Source: an uncultured Eubacteriales bacterium (lineage in GTDB: Bacteria; Acidobacteriota; Aminicenantia; Aminicenantales; Aminicenantaceae). From it: a DNA stretch of 64,000 nt. The stretch's first letter is position 1, and each line of letters opens with the position of its first letter. The notes beneath the pieces are model-generated. The model ran no database searches. It worked only from the letters and a program-made list of their open reading frames with translations, and was not told the DNA's origin. Positions 59,438 to 64,000 of this stretch are shown one piece after another. The stretch is from contig CAYWDH010000005.1 in the NCBI GenBank assembly GCA_964456985.1, positions 17,247 to 81,246 of the forward strand. The letters run 5' to 3'. The translations under genes and the position numbers were made by a program.

Positions 59438-60838
59438 ATGGAATCTGAAGAACATATGACCAAAGGGGTAAAAATCCTTTTGGGCGACCCTAAAAAAGCC
59501 ATTTTAAAGCTTTCCGCTCCCATGATGCTGGCCATGCTGCTTCAGGCTGTTTATAACATTGCGGACGGTATCTGGGTTGCCGGACTGGGAGCCGACCAGT
59601 TGGCTGCCGTAGGACTCTTCTTCCCGTTTTTTATGATCATTGTCGCTTTGGGAGCCGGAATCGGGGTGGGAGGAAGCTCAGCGATTTCCCGGAGAATCGG
59701 AGAACGAAATAAGAAAGCTGCAGAAAACACAGCTGCCCATACTCTTGTATTTGCCTTAGGTCTTTCACTGATCATCAGTATGGGGGCACTTCCTTTTACA
59801 GGAAAACTCTTTCAATCCCTATCAGGAAACGGTGAAGTGGGGCGTATGGCTGCCAATTATGCCCGCATACTTTTTGCAGGCACTTTCATCCTTGTTTTCT
59901 CTCATATAGCAAACGCGCTTCTCAGAGGAGAGGGAGCAGCTAAAAAAGCCATGTACGGATTAGCGGTCGGATCACTCCTGAACATTGTCCTTGATCCCTT
60001 ATTCATATACGGCTTCAAACTGGGAGTGGTAGGTGCTGCCTGGGCTACTCTGATTTCCATTACGATCTCCGCACTGATATTCTTCTACTGGATATTCATC
60101 CAGAAAAAAACTTACCTCCGGATCACATTCTATGATTTTAAGCCGGACATGGGGATTCTGAGGGAAATTCTTTCAGTCGGCTTTCCATCCTCTTTAGCTC
60201 AGCTTTCCATGTCAGCGGCCATGATCGTGCTGAATATCGTGGTCATCCAGGCCGGAGGAACAGACGGAGTGGCTGTTTTCACAAGCGGTTGGCGTATCGT
60301 AATGGTGGGCACCATCCCTCTTATAGGAATGGCCACAGGAGTTGTCTCTGTGACTGGGGCGGCTTTCGGCGCAAGAGACAAACAAAAATTGAAAACCGCC
60401 TTTTTATATGCGGTTAAAATCGGTGTTCTTATCGAACTGGGAGTTGGAATCCTTGTGGCTCTGTTCGCCGGCCATATAAGCTATATTTTCAGCTATTCCA
60501 AAGAAGCCTCCCGTATCCAGGATGAGCTGACTAAATTCCTCAGGATTACCACGCTATTCTACCCTGCAGTCCCCCTGGGGATGCTCACTTCTGCCATGTT
60601 TCGAGGCATAGGAAAGGGCACCCGTTCTCTGATCGTGACCATCCTTCGGACCATTATCCTTCAGGTTCCCATATGCTATCTTCTCGCTATCACTTTTGGG
60701 CTCGGTCTTAACGGGGTTTGGGCGGGAATCGTTGCCGGAAATGTGGCTGCTGTGGGAATCAGCTTTTCATGGGGAAAATATACGGTCGAACACGTGATAA
60801 AAAAAAGGGCGGCATTAGAGAATCAGGCCGCCCTTTAG
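59438..60838 (+). CDS. MATE family efflux transporter
   Basis: PMMLAMLLQAVYNIADGIWV and NIVLDPLFI...GAAWAT; about 12 TM segments. Confidence 0.95.
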   Translation: MESEEHMTKGVKILLGDPKKAILKLSAPMMLAMLLQAVYNIADGIWVAGLGADQLAAVGLFFPFFMIIVALGAGIGVGGSSAISRRIGERNKKAAENTAAHTLVFALGLSLIISMGALPFTGKLFQSLSGNGEVGRMAANYARILFAGTFILVFSHIANALLRGEGAAKKAMYGLAVGSLLNIVLDPLFIYGFKLGVVGAAWATLISITISALIFFYWIFIQKKTYLRITFYDFKPDMGILREILSVGFPSSLAQLSMSAAMIVLNIVVIQAGGTDGVAVFTSGWRIVMVGTIPLIGMATGVVSVTGAAFGARDKQKLKTAFLYAVKIGVLIELGVGILVALFAGHISYIFSYSKEASRIQDELTKFLRITTLFYPAVPLGMLTSAMFRGIGKGTRSLIVTILRTIILQVPICYLLAITFGLGLNGVWAGIVAGNVAAVGISFSWGKYTVEHVIKKRAALENQAAL

Positions 60839-60847
60839 AATTTTTTG

Positions 60848-61840
60848 TTATTTGGCTTTCCTCAGCAGGATATCCCCTTCGTTGTTGCTGAACACATAAA
60901 CAGGACCGCCCCCGTTTATTCTGGCGTATATATACCTATTGAAAGAGATATCAAAATACTCTCCACGTGCTAAGTCTCTTGCTCCCCTGAGGCTGACAGC
61001 AAGATCTCCCAGAGATTCACCTGAAACAACAACCGGAGCTTCGGGGGGTTTGGGAGGAGTGAGGTAATAAAAACTTCTTAAATTTTCTCTCTTTAGATTT
61101 TTCAGCTTATCCGAGTCAAAATCAAATCCTTCATCCGGATTACGGACGATCTGGAGGTCAAAATCAGTGTACACTTCGCCCTCGCCCGATTTCATCTTGA
61201 GGTTGGCTTTGGTGTCTGAGGGAAGAGTGATATCTATATCCCCCTGCCAGGAGGTGAAAGACATGGGAAGGTCCGGAGACACGCTCTTGAACACGGCCTT
61301 GATCTCTCCGTCATAAGCATGGGCCACCACCGCACCGGAGATCCCTGTTAAATCGATGTCTCCGTTGTGATTGGTGACTTCTATCTCTCCATTTACGTTT
61401 TCGATCCTCACATCCCCATTCTCATTAGCGCTGATGCTTACGGAAGTGGCATAAGGCACTCTGATGAAGAGGTCCACCGTCTGCTTGTAAGAACTCACGC
61501 TGATGCGCATCACATTTTCGTCTTCCATGACTCTAAGCCCTGTGGTATCGACCTGGATAAGCTTCAGCCCTCTGGCTTTTTCATTCCTTTTGATCTCTTC
61601 TTCTGTCACCAGTTTCTCCCTCACCCTGGCTTCCACCACGACCTCTTTCCCGTTATATCCAGTAACAGTGATGCTGCCGTTGTGCACTCCTGCTTTGACC
61701 AGCCCCGGCTTATCCGGATTGGAAAACGGGACCGTGGCTTTGTCCGTGGCCTTTTCCTGGGCACAGAGAAAACCGCCTATCATGAGGATAGCCAGAGCAA
61801 TCCCTAAAAATCGAACATTTACTTTGATTGTTTTTTTCAT
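60848..61840 (-). CDS. DUF4097-like beta-repeat (adhesin-like) exported protein
   Basis: Signal peptide; repeated xxxNGxIx beta motifs; downstream of an ECF/anti-sigma pair. Confidence 0.75.
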   Translation of the reverse strand: MKKTIKVNVRFLGIALAILMIGGFLCAQEKATDKATVPFSNPDKPGLVKAGVHNGSITVTGYNGKEVVVEARVREKLVTEEEIKRNEKARGLKLIQVDTTGLRVMEDENVMRISVSSYKQTVDLFIRVPYATSVSISANENGDVRIENVNGEIEVTNHNGDIDLTGISGAVVAHAYDGEIKAVFKSVSPDLPMSFTSWQGDIDITLPSDTKANLKMKSGEGEVYTDFDLQIVRNPDEGFDFDSDKLKNLKRENLRSFYYLTPPKPPEAPVVVSGESLGDLAVSLRGARDLARGEYFDISFNRYIYARINGGGPVYVFSNNEGDILLRKAK

Positions 61841-61905
61841 TTATTTTCTCCTTTGCTTTCTTTTCAATCTATGAATAATCTCCTTTTTCACAGAATTTTT
61901 CTCCT

Positions 61906-62718
61906 TTAAAAACTCAACCTTTGAATACCCTGTTCAGCCCTGTCCTTGATTTCAGGATCCACACCCTCTTGCTCCAGAAGGCTTTTCAGGGCATCCACTG
62001 CTTTTCTTTCCCGGATGCTGACTATAAGGTCAATGAGTGAGGCTTGGACCATGGGCGAAGTCTGCTTGGACAAGGAGTCGATCAATCCCTGTTTGACCTT
62101 GGGGTGATCGTGGAAAAGATACAGAGCATCCACCGCAGCCAACCTCACATTCACACTCGGGTCTGAGTTGAGAGTGGACAGCAGTTTGTCCAGCAGCTTG
62201 TCATCCGGCTTGACCAGAGTATAGCTCATGTTTATTCCCTGAAGCCTTTCACTGGCTGAGTCCTGATCAATGAGGGATGCAGCCAGAGACTGCCTCATAG
62301 TCTGGACCTCATCCACCAGCACCGTATTTACAGCTTCCTTATGAGGGATGACCGTCCATACATTTCCGATGACCAATCCCAACACAAGCATTCCCAGGGT
62401 CAGGGCAAACTGAAAAGCCGGTTTCCTGGGCCACAGGTTCTTGAGACGGGAAAAAAGACCTTTCCTTTGTTTTCTGCTTTTTTCTTCTTCCGCCTGTTTG
62501 TATTCTTGAAGCATGCTGTAGAACCGGGTGCGGATTCTATCACCGGGCTTCTCCTCTTCGAGAACCCCCAGCTTCGTCCATATTTCGGTCAGCGACTCAA
62601 GTTCCCTGCGGCATGCGTCGCATTCAGCTACATGCGCCTGGATTTTTTCTCTTTCCTTTTTTAAAAGCTGACCGGTCAAATACTCCACAAACTTCTCCTC
62701 TATATTTTCGCATGTCAT
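61906..62718 (-). CDS. Anti-sigma factor (zf-HC2) with HEAT-repeat domain
   Basis: HVAECDAC, one TM segment, NVRLAAVDAL repeats. Confidence 0.88.
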   Translation of the reverse strand: MTCENIEEKFVEYLTGQLLKKEREKIQAHVAECDACRRELESLTEIWTKLGVLEEEKPGDRIRTRFYSMLQEYKQAEEEKSRKQRKGLFSRLKNLWPRKPAFQFALTLGMLVLGLVIGNVWTVIPHKEAVNTVLVDEVQTMRQSLAASLIDQDSASERLQGINMSYTLVKPDDKLLDKLLSTLNSDPSVNVRLAAVDALYLFHDHPKVKQGLIDSLSKQTSPMVQASLIDLIVSIRERKAVDALKSLLEQEGVDPEIKDRAEQGIQRLSF

Positions 62719-63272
62719 GACGGAACACCTCCCTGCAGCTCAAGATAGATTTCTCCAAGCTGCTTGACAGCCCTGTGAATACTGGCTTTTATAGTCCCTT
62801 CTTTGCATCCAAAAAGCTCTGCGATTTCCTTGTACTTCATATCCTGAAAACGGCTCAGTATCAGGGCTTCCCTTTTCTTCACAGGAAGCAGAGAAAGAGC
62901 TTCCTGGATAAGTTCTTTATCCTTCTTCTGCTCAAGAGTATGCACGGGGGAACCCTCTTCGCTTTCCGGCTCTTCAAACTGGTCCTCCAAATTATATGTC
63001 TCTTTGTTTTTTCTCAGGTAGTCCACATGCACATTTCTTGCAACACGATACATCCATACCGTGAACCTCCCTCTTCCTTCATAAGAGGAACGGTACTTGA
63101 GCATACGGATAAACACATCCTGCACCAAGTCTTCACTCAGGTTGTGGGATCCGGTCAATCGCAAGAAAAAGTTGAAGATCTTCACATGATGCCTCTCAAA
63201 TAAAATGGCTAATTTTTCAACCTGTCCGTCTCTTACTTTTTCCATAATAGCGCTGTCTGATAAAGATTCCAT
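62715..63272 (-). CDS. ECF RNA polymerase sigma factor
   Basis: EDLVQDVF, WMYRVARN and YKEIAELFGCKEGTIK. Confidence 0.95.
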   Translation of the reverse strand: MESLSDSAIMEKVRDGQVEKLAILFERHHVKIFNFFLRLTGSHNLSEDLVQDVFIRMLKYRSSYEGRGRFTVWMYRVARNVHVDYLRKNKETYNLEDQFEEPESEEGSPVHTLEQKKDKELIQEALSLLPVKKREALILSRFQDMKYKEIAELFGCKEGTIKASIHRAVKQLGEIYLELQGGVPS

Positions 63273-63452
63273 TCTGTTTGTCCTTTATTCAGCTGTCATT
63301 TATATAGACTCCATTATACTTAAAAAGTTACAAAATGATTTCAGTTTTTTCATGTTTGCTTTTTTTGGGATAGTTTGTATATTATCATAACTGTTCCAAG
63401 CTATTTATAAAGATATGGCTGCATTCTTATCACACATAAAAGAGGGCTTATT

Positions 63453-64000
63453 GTGAAAAAAACATCCTTGTTCTTTTTATTCCTGCTGGCTCCGGGCTTT
63501 TTGTTTTCCTCTGCACAAAGATTTATTCGATTCGAACATATTTTTCCCAATTATAATTCGGTTCCCATTTCTGTTGTCTCAAGTATCCTGCAGGACAGAG
63601 AAGGCTTTCTGTGGTTTGGGACGAATGAAGGATTAGCCAAGTATGACGGATACCGCTTCACTCTTTTCACTCCTCATCAGTCCGGCCAGGAATCCCCTGT
63701 TCGGCCGGCCTCTGTCTTTCCCATAATAGAGGACAGCCATGGAGATATCTGGCTTGGGACTAACGGGAACGGGCTTTTTCGGTTCGACGTACAAAAAGAG
63801 GAATTTTTTCAATTCATGCACGACCCTGAGGACCCTGTAGGTCTAACCAAAAACATAATTCTATCCTTACAGGAAGATAAAATCGGCGATCTGTATATCG
63901 GAACCCGATTTAACGGCCTCTTCCGCTATGAGAGACAAAACAGAGAATTCACCAGGATCTCCTTAGGGGAGAATGTTCAAACCATCTGGGGCCTTCTGAT
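63453..64000 (+). CDS. Two-component-regulator beta-propeller protein, partial (runs off window)
   Basis: Own translation from GTG 63453: signal peptide, then ILQDREGFLWFGTNEGLAKYDGY, IIEDSHGDIWLGT and LQEDKIGDLYIGT repeats. Confidence 0.88.
   Translation, partial: MKKTSLFFLFLLAPGFLFSSAQRFIRFEHIFPNYNSVPISVVSSILQDREGFLWFGTNEGLAKYDGYRFTLFTPHQSGQESPVRPASVFPIIEDSHGDIWLGTNGNGLFRFDVQKEEFFQFMHDPEDPVGLTKNIILSLQEDKIGDLYIGTRFNGLFRYERQNREFTRISLGENVQTIWGLL

Noticed and set aside
60848-63272. ECF sigma / anti-sigma / DUF4097 cluster as a novel system
   Set aside because: This is a common, already described gene arrangement.
63453-63640. Apparent frameshift in the propeller gene
   Set aside because: Careful recount of the T-run at 63541-63545 keeps the frame open; the ORF is absent from the track only because it has no stop inside the window.
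488-63821. Numerous short or antisense ORFs in the six-frame track (e.g. 5778-6566, 46889-47605, 36741-37274)
   Set aside because: They overlap well-supported genes on the opposite strand or frame, and lack RBS and recognisable motifs.

Overview
Bacterial chromosomal window. Gene style and content (signal-peptide-rich proteins, sigma54 regulators, outer-membrane beta-barrels, TPR-CHAT proteins) suggest a diderm anaerobe such as Ca. Aminicenantes; this taxonomy is inference only. Host genes occupy about 1-10.9 kb and 36-64 kb. Between them lies a visibly AT-rich ~25 kb island made of two related integrative elements in tandem at a tRNA-Thr(CGT)-derived att site. Element 1 (10967-25607) runs att/P-arm, defence-type cargo (Type III R-M, a TGT-like/DUF6610-like enzyme plus membrane protein, XRE), a ~260 bp module containing a XerCD dif-like site, terminase small and large subunits without capsid or portal, an HTH protein with an iteron-rich origin-like region, and an in-frame Xis-integrase fusion ending at att. 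Element 2 repeats the P-arm, carries different defence cargo (two MTases plus a PLD nuclease, an IS21, two HEPN-like proteins) and a second dif module, then is cut off and joined to a truncated TPR-CHAT gene. No intact tRNA is present in the window. Host-side highlights are a small secreted peptide gene ahead of an exported, membrane-anchored TPR-CHAT protease, a four-gene mosaic array of outer-membrane beta-barrels, and an orphan peptide-binding protein co-oriented with a sigma54 two-component system. All family assignments come from motifs recognised by eye; no database searches were run.
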